From Gemmatimonadota bacterium (GTDB taxonomy: Bacteria > Gemmatimonadota > Gemmatimonadetes > Gemmatimonadales > Gemmatimonadaceae), in NCBI GenBank assembly GCA_040389905.1, contig JAZJZK010000007.1:383492-447491 (forward strand): a DNA stretch of 64,000 bases, written 5' to 3'. Below are positions 39,386-49,316 of the stretch, one piece after another. The notes below the pieces were generated by a model that saw nothing but the letters and a program-made list of their open reading frames with translations, made no database searches and was not told where the DNA came from. The position numbers were made by a program, and so were the translations under genes. The first letter of the stretch is position 1, and every line of letters begins with the position of its first letter.

Positions 39386-39435
39386 GCCCGCTCCACGCTG
39401 GTGAGCCGCTACACCGCTACAGAAGAGTATCGAAG

Positions 39436-40170
39436 TTAGAGGAGGGCGCGCGCGGCGTCCATCGCTGACCGGAGCTCGCGGATGGCGGTATCGAGCCCCA
39501 CGAACACCGCGCGGGACACGACGTGGTGCCCGATGTTGAGCTCTTCGATTTCCGGAATGGCCGCAACGAGCCCGACATTGGACGTGGTAAGCCCGTGTCC
39601 CGCATGCACGGCAAGCCCGAGCGCGGCGCCGAGTGCGGCGCCCTTGCGCAAGGCGTCGATGGTCGCCGGGTCGCTCGTGTGATGCGCGTATCGCCCGGTG
39701 TGTAGCTCGACGGCGTCGGCACCAAGGTCGCGAGAGCGGGTAATACTGTCCGGGTCCGCGTCGATGAAGAGGCTGGCGCGGACGCCGGCATCCTTGAGCC
39801 GTTGAATCGACTCGCGGAGGCGGACGGGGTCGGCGGCAACGTCGAGTCCACCTTCGGTCGTGACTTCCTCGCGCCGTTCGGGCACGATCGTCGCTTCGTG
39901 GGGGCGCAGTCGCTCGGCCAGCGTGATCATTTCTGCGGTGCCCGCGATTTCGAGGTTGAATTTTGTCGTCACAGCGGCAGCAATCGCATCGATGTCGGCG
40001 TCCTGCATGTGGCGCCGGTCTTCACGAAGGTGTGCGGTGATCCCATCCGCGCCTGCCTGTTCGCAGAGGCCGACGGCGTCGACGGGGACCGGTTCGTGGC
40101 CTCGGCGCGCCTGACGGATCGTCGCGATGTGATCGATGTTGATGAGGAGGCGCTGCCGGGGGATCGTCAT
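39436..40170 (-). CDS. pdxJ: Pyridoxine 5'-phosphate synthase
   Basis: NIDHIATIRQAR, HLREDRRH, TTEGGLD, ELHTG, AGHGL, ELNIGH. Confidence 0.97.
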   Translation of the reverse strand: MTIPRQRLLINIDHIATIRQARRGHEPVPVDAVGLCEQAGADGITAHLREDRRHMQDADIDAIAAAVTTKFNLEIAGTAEMITLAERLRPHEATIVPERREEVTTEGGLDVAADPVRLRESIQRLKDAGVRASLFIDADPDSITRSRDLGADAVELHTGRYAHHTSDPATIDALRKGAALGAALGLAVHAGHGLTTSNVGLVAAIPEIEELNIGHHVVSRAVFVGLDTAIRELRSAMDAARALL

Positions 40171-40247
40171 GAGCAGGTTGCTGGTTGAAAGGTTGCCCGC
40201 AAAAGGCGCCACGCGTTAGCTTCGCACCACTACCGAGGAGATGACGA

Positions 40248-40715
40248 GTGAGAAAGCTACTGCTGTCAGGTCTGCTGCTCGCCGCCGCATGCAAATCGAC
40301 GACGACGATCGTGCCTGCTCCGGCACCCGAGCCAGCGCCCGGGGTCGTGACCTCCCCCGCGTATATCGGGCCGCGACCGGCGGTCGATGCCTTTCTCGCC
40401 GCAGTGAAGGCGCAAGATATTCAAGCACTTTCCGGTGCGTGGGGAGACAAGGAAGGTCCCGTGCGCGACAGCAAGAAAGTATCTCGTGCCGACATGGAGA
40501 TGCGAGCGCTCGTCATCCTGCGCTGCCTCCGGCACGAACGATGGCGTGTCGTTGCGGAGGCTCCCTCGATCGATGGCGAGCGGGTCTTTCAAATCGAGCT
40601 CGTGCGGGGAACTCAGAAAGGCGTCACGGACTTCTTCACAGCACAGGCGTCTGACCGGTGGTACGTTCGAACCGTCAACCTCGACGTCCTCAAGGAGTAC
40701 TGCTCAGCCAAATAG
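40248..40715 (+). CDS. Hypothetical lipoprotein
   Basis: GAGGAG RBS; MRKLLLSGLLLAAAC lipobox. Confidence 0.7.
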   Translation: MRKLLLSGLLLAAACKSTTTIVPAPAPEPAPGVVTSPAYIGPRPAVDAFLAAVKAQDIQALSGAWGDKEGPVRDSKKVSRADMEMRALVILRCLRHERWRVVAEAPSIDGERVFQIELVRGTQKGVTDFFTAQASDRWYVRTVNLDVLKEYCSAK

Positions 40716-40716
40716 A

Positions 40717-41127
40717 CTAGAATTCGCTGAGTTCGATCAGCACGCCACCGGTGGCGGAGGGATGCAGAAATGCGATGCGTTTACCTTCCGCGCCGATGCG
40801 AGGAGTTTCGTCAATGAGCCGGACGCCGGCTGCCTTGCAGCGCGCAAGGGTGCCGTCAAGATCATCGACTGCGAAACAGATATGATGGATTCCAGCGCCG
40901 CGTTTGGCGACGAACTTGCCGATGGGGGAGTCGGTGGACGCGGCTTCGAGGAGCTCGACGAGCGATTCTCCCGCCTGTAGCCCGGCGATGCGCGCACCAT
41001 CGGCGTCGTCAAGCGGCACTTCGGGCAGGCCGAGGAGGTCGCGATAGAAGGGCAGGATTTCACCGAGCGCCGGCACAGCGATGCCGATGTGGGCGATTCG
41101 GGTTGGACGTGGTGAAGCGTCGGTCAT
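40717..41127 (-). CDS. mce: Methylmalonyl-CoA epimerase
   Basis: HIGIAV, VELLE, GIHHICF, FLHPSATGGVLIEL. Confidence 0.9.
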   Translation of the reverse strand: MTDASPRPTRIAHIGIAVPALGEILPFYRDLLGLPEVPLDDADGARIAGLQAGESLVELLEAASTDSPIGKFVAKRGAGIHHICFAVDDLDGTLARCKAAGVRLIDETPRIGAEGKRIAFLHPSATGGVLIELSEF

Positions 41128-41213
41128 TGGAAGTGCGCTGAGTGATGAAGTCGCTCGTCGCTGAATACTAATTTCTGGAGGCGGCACGTGACGGCCGCCG
41201 GGAGACGTGAGGG

Positions 41214-41543
41214 ATGTCGAATGCGCAGGCGGTGACGGACGCTGACTTCGAGGGGCAGGTCGAGCAGAACCCCGGGCTCACCGTGGTTGACTTCTGGGCG
41301 ACGTGGTGCGGTCCCTGCCGCATGATCGCGCCCATCCTCGATCAGCTGGCCGTGGAGTACGCCGGGCAGGGCGTGACGGTCACCAAGCTCGACGTCGACG
41401 CCAATATCAAGACGGCGACGCGCTTCAACGTCCGGTCGATTCCGATGCTGCTGTTTTTCAAGGACGGGAAGGTCGTCGACCAGATCGTGGGCGCGGTTCC
41501 GCGGCAGGCAATCGAAGCCAAGCTCAAGCAGCACGTCGCGTGA
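41214..41543 (+). CDS. trxA: Thioredoxin
   Basis: DFWATWCGPC, RSIP. Confidence 0.96.
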   Translation: MSNAQAVTDADFEGQVEQNPGLTVVDFWATWCGPCRMIAPILDQLAVEYAGQGVTVTKLDVDANIKTATRFNVRSIPMLLFFKDGKVVDQIVGAVPRQAIEAKLKQHVA

Positions 41544-41632
41544 TCGGCTGAATCGCCGTTGCACCGTGGCTGGTCGCGGCGCACATTAGGGCCGTAACGA
41601 CTCGACGTCGCTACGGCCCTTTTTTCTTCCTG

Positions 41633-42610
41633 ATGCCTTCCACCGTCGCCGGCCTGCGCTATCCGTACTCGCGCGTTCTCTTGCCGCGCACTCGGTTGGC
41701 GTACGTGCATATCAGGAACCTGCTCTCCGACGCCAAGCGCGATCGGGCCGCGCGCGTGTCCGGCTACGTCGCCATCTGGCTGCCGGAGGAGTTCGTGGTG
41801 CTGTATCTCCAGCGCGGCGAACTGGTGAACGCGTGCGTGCACGATGGTCGCGAGTTCCGCCCGATCGGGATCGGTGCCGCCGTCGAGAAGGTGCCAGGGG
41901 AGCCCGAATACGGCGAGATCTGTTTTCACGAAGCCGACGACGAGCAACTCGCCTGCATGTATGCGACGCAGACGCTGGAGCCCACCGACTGGCCTCCCGA
42001 GCTTCGCACAACCGATCCGACTGCACTCTTTCCATACCTGATGGCCACGACCTTCGACGGCGTGGTCGAGATCGTAACCGAAGGCGAAGTGAACTATCTC
42101 CGCTTTCAGCACGGCACCGTATTCGGAGCCTTTCTGTCCGGCTCCCAGCCCGGCACCGTGGTCGAACGAGTGAGCCGCCTGTTCGAGCGTGATCGTCGTG
42201 CCCTCCACGTCGCTGTTCGGCACTGGCCGGTGCCCGAACCGCTTCCGATTCAGGCGCCGACAGGGTTGGTGCAGGCGTACCGCGACCTGACCACGCAACT
42301 CGTGCTGCGTCTCGTGGCAAGCGGTCGCGAGAGCGCGCCGGCCATCGCCGAGCATGCTCGGACGACACTGCTGTACGAGCATCCGGCGCTCGAGGGCTTC
42401 TCCTTCAACGGACGAACGCCAAGGCCAGTGGTCGCAGATGCCAATGCCGTGACCGACGCGATCGCCGCGCTGATCAACGAAGTGCTGTGGACCGCGTCCG
42501 ACCAGGAAGGCAACGGACCGGAGACGATGCTGCGCGAATTGACCTACGAACGGCGACACCTCTATCAGTCCGCAGGCCTCTTCGACCGGCTCTCGTGGAA
42601 GCTGGCGTGA
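41633..42610 (+). CDS. Hypothetical protein with two DUF4388/PATAN-like segments
   Basis: SGYVAI..VLYLQRGELVNA and DGVVEI..YLRFQHGTVFGA. Confidence 0.55.
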   Translation: MPSTVAGLRYPYSRVLLPRTRLAYVHIRNLLSDAKRDRAARVSGYVAIWLPEEFVVLYLQRGELVNACVHDGREFRPIGIGAAVEKVPGEPEYGEICFHEADDEQLACMYATQTLEPTDWPPELRTTDPTALFPYLMATTFDGVVEIVTEGEVNYLRFQHGTVFGAFLSGSQPGTVVERVSRLFERDRRALHVAVRHWPVPEPLPIQAPTGLVQAYRDLTTQLVLRLVASGRESAPAIAEHARTTLLYEHPALEGFSFNGRTPRPVVADANAVTDAIAALINEVLWTASDQEGNGPETMLRELTYERRHLYQSAGLFDRLSWKLA

Positions 42611-43440
42611 CGACCGGCACGAGTGGTACGCTGTACGTCGTCAGCACCCCCATTGGAAACATGGGGGATTTTTCTTTCCGCGCCGTCGAGGTGCTGAAGA
42701 ATGTCGCCGCGGTGCTCGCCGAGGACACGCGGCATTCGAGACACCTGCTCGACCGGTATGCGATTACGACGCCGCTCGTGCCCTACCACGAGCACAACGA
42801 GGCCAAGTCCACACCCCGCTTCGTCGAGCGACTCCTCGCCGGAGAGAGTCTCGCGATGATCTCGGATGCGGGCACACCGCTCCTCTCCGATCCGGGCGCG
42901 CGGCTGGTGCGCGCGGCGGTCGAGGCGACCATCCCCGTTTCTCCCGTGCCTGGTGCGTCGGCGCTGCTGGCGGCGCTGGTGGCGTCGGGGCTCGACGTCG
43001 GTCGCTTCACCTTTTTCGGATTTCTTCCGCGGAAGGGCAACGAGCGACGGACCACGCTTCAGGAAATCGCGGCGCTGCGTCATACGGCGATTCTCTATGA
43101 GTCGCCCGCGCGTGTCGGCGATACGCTGGACGAGCTCGCCGCCGCCGGAGCGCCCGAACGAGCAACGGTCGTCGCGCGCGAACTGTCAAAGCAATACGAG
43201 GAATTCCGGCGCGGAACGGTGGCCGCGCTCGCGGCGTATTACCTCGAGACGCCACCCCGTGGAGAAGTCGTGATCATCATTGCCGGAGCGAGTGTGCCAG
43301 AACAAGCGAGCGAAGATCAACTACGCACCCGCGCCGCGGAACTGCGCGAGAGCGGTCTGCCCGCGCGCGATGTCGCCGCGGCGCTCTCCTCGGAGCTCGG
43401 CGCGGCGCGCAATCTGGCCTATCGCATCGCACACGAGTGA
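42607..43440 (+). CDS. rsmI: 16S rRNA C1402 2'-O-methyltransferase
   Basis: LYVVSTPIGNMGD, AEDTR, SDAGTPLLSDPG, YESPAR, RELSK. Confidence 0.95.
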   Translation: MTTGTSGTLYVVSTPIGNMGDFSFRAVEVLKNVAAVLAEDTRHSRHLLDRYAITTPLVPYHEHNEAKSTPRFVERLLAGESLAMISDAGTPLLSDPGARLVRAAVEATIPVSPVPGASALLAALVASGLDVGRFTFFGFLPRKGNERRTTLQEIAALRHTAILYESPARVGDTLDELAAAGAPERATVVARELSKQYEEFRRGTVAALAAYYLETPPRGEVVIIIAGASVPEQASEDQLRTRAAELRESGLPARDVAAALSSELGAARNLAYRIAHE

Positions 43441-44129
43441 ACCGCCTTCAACGCGCGCGGCGCGCGACGTCCCTGATCGCGCTGGCTCTGGCGCTCGTAC
43501 CAGTCACCGGCGCGCGCTACGCGCCCCGTCTCACCGTCGCACGCCTGCAATACGAAGGCGGCGGCGACTGGTACGCCAATCCATCGTCGTTGCCCAATCT
43601 GCTCGCGGCCATTCGTGAGCGCACGTCGCTTCCCGTCGAGAAGACGGAAGCACGCGTCACGCTCATGGACGACAAGCTCTGGGACTACCCGTTCCTTCAC
43701 ATGACCGGGCACGGCAACGTGAAGTTGACCGACGCCGAAGTCGTGCGACTGCGGGAGTATCTCCAGCGCGGCGGCTTCCTCCATGCCGACGACAACTACG
43801 GCCTCGATGAGTCCTTTCGGCGTGAGATGAAGCGGGTCTTTCCCGATCGCGAACTGGTAGATGTTCCGCTATCGCATCCTGTCTATCATGCAGTGTATGA
43901 CTTTCCGAAGGGCCTGCCCAAGATTCACGAGCACGATGGCAAGCCGGCGCGAGGCTTCGGCCTCTTTCTCGGCGACCGTCTTGCCGTGTACTACACGTTC
44001 TCGAGCGATCTCGGAAACGGGTGGGAAGATCCTGAGACCTATCACGACCCGGTGGCGTTGCACGAGGCGGCGCTTCGCATGGGTGTAAACCTCTTCGTGT
44101 ACGCCGTTACGAGCCGGCCGCTTCAATGA
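43437..44129 (+). CDS. DUF4159 domain exported protein
   Basis: ARLQYEGGGDWY, YPFLHMTGHG, GGFLHADD, DLGNGWE, MGVNL. Confidence 0.85.
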   Translation: MNRLQRARRATSLIALALALVPVTGARYAPRLTVARLQYEGGGDWYANPSSLPNLLAAIRERTSLPVEKTEARVTLMDDKLWDYPFLHMTGHGNVKLTDAEVVRLREYLQRGGFLHADDNYGLDESFRREMKRVFPDRELVDVPLSHPVYHAVYDFPKGLPKIHEHDGKPARGFGLFLGDRLAVYYTFSSDLGNGWEDPETYHDPVALHEAALRMGVNLFVYAVTSRPLQ

Positions 44130-47100
44130 CGATTCACACGCGCGTCGATCAGGAACGCAGTCACTTCCGCAGGTCGGAACTCATCACGGGCGCGTTGCTC
44201 GCCGCCGCAGTGGCCGCCGCACTGCTCGCCCTTGGAGCGGTCGTCCTCGGGCGGGCGCGCTGGCTCGAGCTCCCGCGCGGACTCCCGCTCCTGGTCTGGT
44301 TCGTCGTGATGGCGGTGGTCGGTTTCCTCGCCTTTCGAACGCGTCGGCGACTGGAGCGCGGCTCACGGAGAGATGTCGCGCTGGCGATCGAGGAGGAGCA
44401 GGGCATTCGGCGCGGACAGCTGGTCGGGGTGCTCGAGCTCGAAGGGAAGGGCGCTCTGGCGGAGTACGCGGCGCGTGGCGTGCAGCGCACGCTCCCGGAC
44501 GGTGTTCCCCTCGCCCCAGCCATGCGCCGCGCCAGTTCGCGTCGCACGATGATCGGCGCAGGCGCGGCGGCCGCGGGTGTGCTCCTGCTGCTGACCGCCT
44601 CGCCCTTGTTTGGTGATGGCCTGCGCGCGGTGCTTCGGCCGATCGATGCATGGCGCGGCGTCCTGTTGGATCGCCCGAGCGTGGAGGGGGCTCCGGAGGA
44701 ACTCCTGCGCGGGTCTCCGCTGCACGTCACGGTGCGTGCGCCCGGACGCCGGTTCGTCTTCGTGGAAGTACGCCAGACGGGAGATGCCTGGCGCACCGAT
44801 ACTGTAGCGATCGATGCGAAGACCGGAGCGGCCCCGTGGTCGACGGACGCGCTGCGCGGCGATTTGCGACTCGTCGTGTCCGACGGCCGCGCGACGAGCG
44901 ACAGCGTGATTGTGCATGCCGCGGATCGTCCATTTGTCGGCGCCGTCACCTTGCATGTGCAGTACCCGCGCTACCTCGGGCGCGCCGATGAATCGCTGCC
45001 CGTCGGAGAGCCGCTCCACCTCCCGCGCGGCAGCGTCCTCACCGTAGCGGGCCGCGCGTCTGTGCCGCTCGCGGATGTCGCGCTCGTGGCACCCGGTGGA
45101 GCGCGCATCGCGCTGACGGCCTCCGGCCAGACATTCCGTGGCGTGTTCACGCCGGAGCAGTCGGCGGAGCTGCATTGGGCGGCACGCGGACCCGGGGGCC
45201 TCGTGCCGGACCTTCCCGAGCCACTGAGTATCGACGTGGTCGCCGATTCCGCGCCACGCGTCATCATCGCCGAGCCGACGGCAGACACGATTCTCGTTGC
45301 CGGCGAAGCGATCGGTCTCGCCCTCCGCGTCTCCGATGATCACGGGGTGTCGTCCGTGTCGTTGCGCATGCTGCGCGCGGAGGTGCGCGATGCCGCTCCG
45401 ATCATTCACCAGGTCGCCGCCGATGTCGGCACGAACTGGGGCGGCGCTGCCATTGTGAACATCGACTCGCTGCGCCTCGGTCCGGGTGACGCCATTCGCG
45501 TCCGCGCCGAGGCGGTCGACGCGTCTCCGTGGGCACAGCGCGGTGTCAGCAGGGAAATCGTGATGCGTCGCGCGACCTCGGAGGAACAGCGCACCGCCGC
45601 GCGTGCACTTGGCGATTCGGCGGTCAAGGAAGCGCTCGCTGCAGCCAGCGCGCAGAAGCAGCTCGCGCAGAAAACCGATGAGGCGGCCCGGGCGCAAACC
45701 CGCCAGGCCACGAAGGCGGAGGGGCAAGCGCCCTCCGAACGCGAAAAGAAGGCGATGAACTTCGATGCGGCCGAGAAGGCGAAGAGCCTCGCGCAGGAAC
45801 AGCGCGCGATGACCGACCGCGTCGAAAAGCTTCGGCAGGCGACGAAGCAGCTCGAGGAACAGCTCAAGGCTGCTGGTGCGCTCGACACCTCACTAGCGCG
45901 TCAGCTCGGCGAAGCGCAGGCGTTGCTCAAGAAGGCGCTCACACCAGAAATGCTCGCGCAGATGAGCAAGTTGGAATCCGCGTCGCAGCAGATGAACGGC
46001 GAGCAATCGCGCGAAGCGATGCGCGATCTGGCGCAGATGCAGCAGAAGATGCGCGAGCAGCTCGAGAAGAGCGCCGAGATGCTCAAGCGTGCGGCTCACG
46101 AAGGTGCGATGCAGACGCTCGGCGATGAGGCGAAGGAGCTTGCCGCGAAGGAACGTGAGTTGGCGGAGAAGGCTGGGAAGCCCGACGCGTCGAGAGAGCA
46201 GTCGGACGCCAAGCAGGCGGCGGACCTCGCGGAACGCACCGAACGGTTGCGCGAGGCCATGGATGAGCTCAAGCAGCGCCTGGCCAAGGACAAGGCAGAC
46301 GCAGGTGCGAGCAAGACAGATCAAGCGGCGGAACACGCCACCAAGTCGGAAGCAGAAATGCGCCGCGCCGCGAACGAGGCGCGGGCGCAGGAGAAGAACG
46401 CACAGCAGCAGCGCGCCGATTCGTCGGCGAAGGCCGGCGGTGAGCCCAAGCCCGGCGGAGAGCCGAAGCCCGGTGGTGAACCGAAGCCGGGTGGTGAACC
46501 GAAGGCGGGCGGCGAGCAGAAGCCTGGTGGTGACCCAAAGAGTGGAGGGCAGCCGAAGAGTGGCGGCGAAGGACAGCCGAAGGCCGGTCAACAGGGTGGC
46601 GGAAAGCAGCAGATGCAGGACGCCGCCGCCGAAATGGACAAGGCGGCCAAGTCGATGCAGGATGCGCGCAGCGAGCAGGTGAAGGAGTGGAAACAGGAGC
46701 TGACGTCGGAGCTCGACCAGTCCGTCCAGGAAATGATGCAGCTGGCTCGCGAGGAGCGCGCTCTCGAGCAAAAGGCGCGCGACGGACAGTCCGCTGAGGA
46801 CAAGCGGAGCGCGCAGAGCGCGGTCGAGCAGGGCGTCGACAAGGCAAACGAGCGTCTCAACAACGCGGGCAAGAAGAGCGCACTCCTGTCGCCGCGTTCG
46901 CAGCGCGCGATGTCCGACGCGAAGCAGAAGGTGCAACAGGCCACGGAGAGCGTCACGCAGCCGAATTCCAGCCAGAAGCAGGCGAGCGCGCTCGGCGATG
47001 CGGCCGATGCACTGACCAAGGCGGCGGCGTCCCTCGCGCGTGATCGTGAACGCGCGAACAGCGCCAACAGCGCGTCTGGCTTCAGTGAAATGTTGAAGGA

Positions 47101-47611
47101 GATGCAGGAGATGGCGCAGAAGCAGGGCCAGATCAACGGGCAGTCGCAGAGCCTGATGAGCATGCCGAACGGCATGAACAGCGCGGCAGGGCAGTCGTTG
47201 GCGCGCTCGCTCGCCCAGAAGCAGCGGCAACTGTCCGACCAGCTCGACGAGTCTGGAGACGGCGCTGGAGGTGATCGCGCCGCACAACTCGCGCAGGAAG
47301 CGCGGCAACTCGCTGACGCGCTCGACAACGGCCGGTTGGACGCGACCACGATGGCTCGTCAGCAACAGCTCTTTCGCCGCCTGCTCGACGCCGGCAAGTC
47401 GCTGGAAAAGGAGGAGAAGGACGAATCCGGCAAGCGCGAATCCAAGAGTGCTGCGGGTAACGATGCCTTCTCGCCGAATGCAAAGGTCGACGCGAAGGCC
47501 GCAGTGAAATTCCGCCCGCCAACGTGGGCCGAGTTACGCGCGCTGTCGGCAGACGAGCGGCGCGCGATCCTCGACTACTTCACGCGGCTGAACAGTGCTC
47601 CGACGCCGTAG
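44126..47611 (+). CDS. DUF4175-like membrane protein with long coiled-coil region
   Basis: N-terminal TMs, DSAPRV/SDDHGV Ig-like region, Q/E/A-rich coiled coils, C-terminal ILDYFTRL. Confidence 0.65.
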   Translation: MTIHTRVDQERSHFRRSELITGALLAAAVAAALLALGAVVLGRARWLELPRGLPLLVWFVVMAVVGFLAFRTRRRLERGSRRDVALAIEEEQGIRRGQLVGVLELEGKGALAEYAARGVQRTLPDGVPLAPAMRRASSRRTMIGAGAAAAGVLLLLTASPLFGDGLRAVLRPIDAWRGVLLDRPSVEGAPEELLRGSPLHVTVRAPGRRFVFVEVRQTGDAWRTDTVAIDAKTGAAPWSTDALRGDLRLVVSDGRATSDSVIVHAADRPFVGAVTLHVQYPRYLGRADESLPVGEPLHLPRGSVLTVAGRASVPLADVALVAPGGARIALTASGQTFRGVFTPEQSAELHWAARGPGGLVPDLPEPLSIDVVADSAPRVIIAEPTADTILVAGEAIGLALRVSDDHGVSSVSLRMLRAEVRDAAPIIHQVAADVGTNWGGAAIVNIDSLRLGPGDAIRVRAEAVDASPWAQRGVSREIVMRRATSEEQRTAARALGDSAVKEALAAASAQKQLAQKTDEAARAQTRQATKAEGQAPSEREKKAMNFDAAEKAKSLAQEQRAMTDRVEKLRQATKQLEEQLKAAGALDTSLARQLGEAQALLKKALTPEMLAQMSKLESASQQMNGEQSREAMRDLAQMQQKMREQLEKSAEMLKRAAHEGAMQTLGDEAKELAAKERELAEKAGKPDASREQSDAKQAADLAERTERLREAMDELKQRLAKDKADAGASKTDQAAEHATKSEAEMRRAANEARAQEKNAQQQRADSSAKAGGEPKPGGEPKPGGEPKPGGEPKAGGEQKPGGDPKSGGQPKSGGEGQPKAGQQGGGKQQMQDAAAEMDKAAKSMQDARSEQVKEWKQELTSELDQSVQEMMQLAREERALEQKARDGQSAEDKRSAQSAVEQGVDKANERLNNAGKKSALLSPRSQRAMSDAKQKVQQATESVTQPNSSQKQASALGDAADALTKAAASLARDRERANSANSASGFSEMLKEMQEMAQKQGQINGQSQSLMSMPNGMNSAAGQSLARSLAQKQRQLSDQLDESGDGAGGDRAAQLAQEARQLADALDNGRLDATTMARQQQLFRRLLDAGKSLEKEEKDESGKRESKSAAGNDAFSPNAKVDAKAAVKFRPPTWAELRALSADERRAILDYFTRLNSAPTP
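46435..46590 (+). repeat. 18-bp coding tandem repeat (GGEPKP-like, about 8 copies)
   Basis: GGCGGTGAGCCCAAGCCC and variants. Confidence 0.85.
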
Positions 47612-49316
47612 GGGGCTCGCCGCGCAACATTGCGCGGCGCTGCTTCTGGTCTCCTTGCTGCTCCTCACACCGGGTCGCGCCGACGCGCAGGAGGAGCGAC
47701 CCGAGGTCATGAAGGCACTCGACCTCGAGAACGCCGGGAAGTACAAAGAGGCCGCGATGCTGTTCCGCACGGCGGTGCGGACCGCGCCAACTCCGAATGC
47801 GGTGCTCGGGTTGGAGCGTGTCTATGCCGAGCTCGGGATGAGCGACTCGCTGCTCGCGCCACTCGACACGCTCATCGCGAATTTTCCGCGCGAGCCGATG
47901 TACCGGTCGGTGCAGCTGCGCACCCTGCAGATTCTTCGCCGTGACGAAAAGCTGCGCGACGCATTCGAGAAGTGGGTGCGCGCGTCACCCCGCGACGCGG
48001 CGCCGTATCGCGAGTATGCCCGCATCCTCATTCAACTCGGCAGGCCGGCATCCGCAGACAGCATCGTCATGCGAGGGAAGTTCGCACTCGGCAGCCTGCG
48101 TGATCTCGAATACGAGAATGCCCAATTGCGCGCCGCGATGGGTGATTGGCTGGCGAGCGCACAGTCCTGGCGACGCGCATTGGTCGATGCGCCGCATCTT
48201 GCGACCGCGAGCGCGTACGCGCTTGCGCCCGCGCCCGCGACGGCCCGCGAGGGGGTCCGTGGCGCGTTGTCCTCGCTGCCCGCAGACGCGGGCTCGCGCC
48301 GCGCGCTGGCGGAGCTGGAGCTCACGTGGGGACGCCCGCAGCAGGCGTGGGAGGCCCTTCGAACACTGCGGCCCGATACGGCGGCCGCGACGATGTGGGA
48401 GGAGTTCGGCGAGCGCGCATACGTCGAGGAACGCTGGACGATCGCGCGCGACGCACTCGTCGCTGCGCTCGCGATCCGGCGCAACAGGCCGCTCGCTGTC
48501 CGCGCGGCCACCGCCGCGATTCGCGCTGGGTCGCCGAGCCAGGTGTTCGTGCTGGCTCCGTTGGCCGAAGTGGTAGGTGACACCGCGCAGGTCGTGCGGC
48601 AGTATGTTCCGCTCCACATCGCTGCACTCGTCGCCCTCAGTCGCGCCAATGAAGCCGAGGAACTCGTTGCCAAGTACGATCGTTTTCTCGTACCGATTCA
48701 GCGGATGCGCATGGCGCAGTTGATCGCAACGGCCTGGGTTCGCGCGGGAGATATGCCGAAGGCGCGCGAGGCGCTCCGCGCCGCCGGACCAGAGGCGGAT
48801 TCGAGCGAGGCGGCAGGTTGGCTCGCATTGTACGAAGGGCGTCTGAGCGTCGCGCGCACGCTGTTGCGGACGACCACGACGCCCACAGCCGACCTCACGC
48901 TCGCGATGGGCGTCGTCACGCGTCTCAAGGGAGTCGACATTGCACCGCAACTCGGCGCGGCGTTTCTGGCGCTGGCGCGTGGTGACAGTGCCGGTGCGTC
49001 AACGAAATTCGTCGAGGCCGCGACCGTGCACGCCGAGGTCGCTCCGGCACTCCTTCTGATTGCCGCTCGTCTGCAAAGTGCGCGCGCGGTGAATGCCATC
49101 CCGATCTGGCAGCGCATCGTCGCCGACTATCCGACCGCGCCCGAAGCGGTCGAGAGCGAGCTCGAATGGGCGCGCATGTTGCGCCGGCAAGGCGATACGG
49201 CCGGTGCGACCGCGCATCTCGAACATCTCATCCTCAGCGCTCCGCAGAGCGCGCTCCTCCCTCAGGCACGACGCGAGCTCGAACTCGCGCGTGGTGCCGT
49301 TCCACCGAGATCATGA
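47595..49316 (+). CDS. Exported TPR-like protein
   Basis: Signal peptide and Ala/Leu-rich helical repeats. Confidence 0.7.
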   Translation: MLRRRRGLAAQHCAALLLVSLLLLTPGRADAQEERPEVMKALDLENAGKYKEAAMLFRTAVRTAPTPNAVLGLERVYAELGMSDSLLAPLDTLIANFPREPMYRSVQLRTLQILRRDEKLRDAFEKWVRASPRDAAPYREYARILIQLGRPASADSIVMRGKFALGSLRDLEYENAQLRAAMGDWLASAQSWRRALVDAPHLATASAYALAPAPATAREGVRGALSSLPADAGSRRALAELELTWGRPQQAWEALRTLRPDTAAATMWEEFGERAYVEERWTIARDALVAALAIRRNRPLAVRAATAAIRAGSPSQVFVLAPLAEVVGDTAQVVRQYVPLHIAALVALSRANEAEELVAKYDRFLVPIQRMRMAQLIATAWVRAGDMPKAREALRAAGPEADSSEAAGWLALYEGRLSVARTLLRTTTTPTADLTLAMGVVTRLKGVDIAPQLGAAFLALARGDSAGASTKFVEAATVHAEVAPALLLIAARLQSARAVNAIPIWQRIVADYPTAPEAVESELEWARMLRRQGDTAGATAHLEHLILSAPQSALLPQARRELELARGAVPPRS

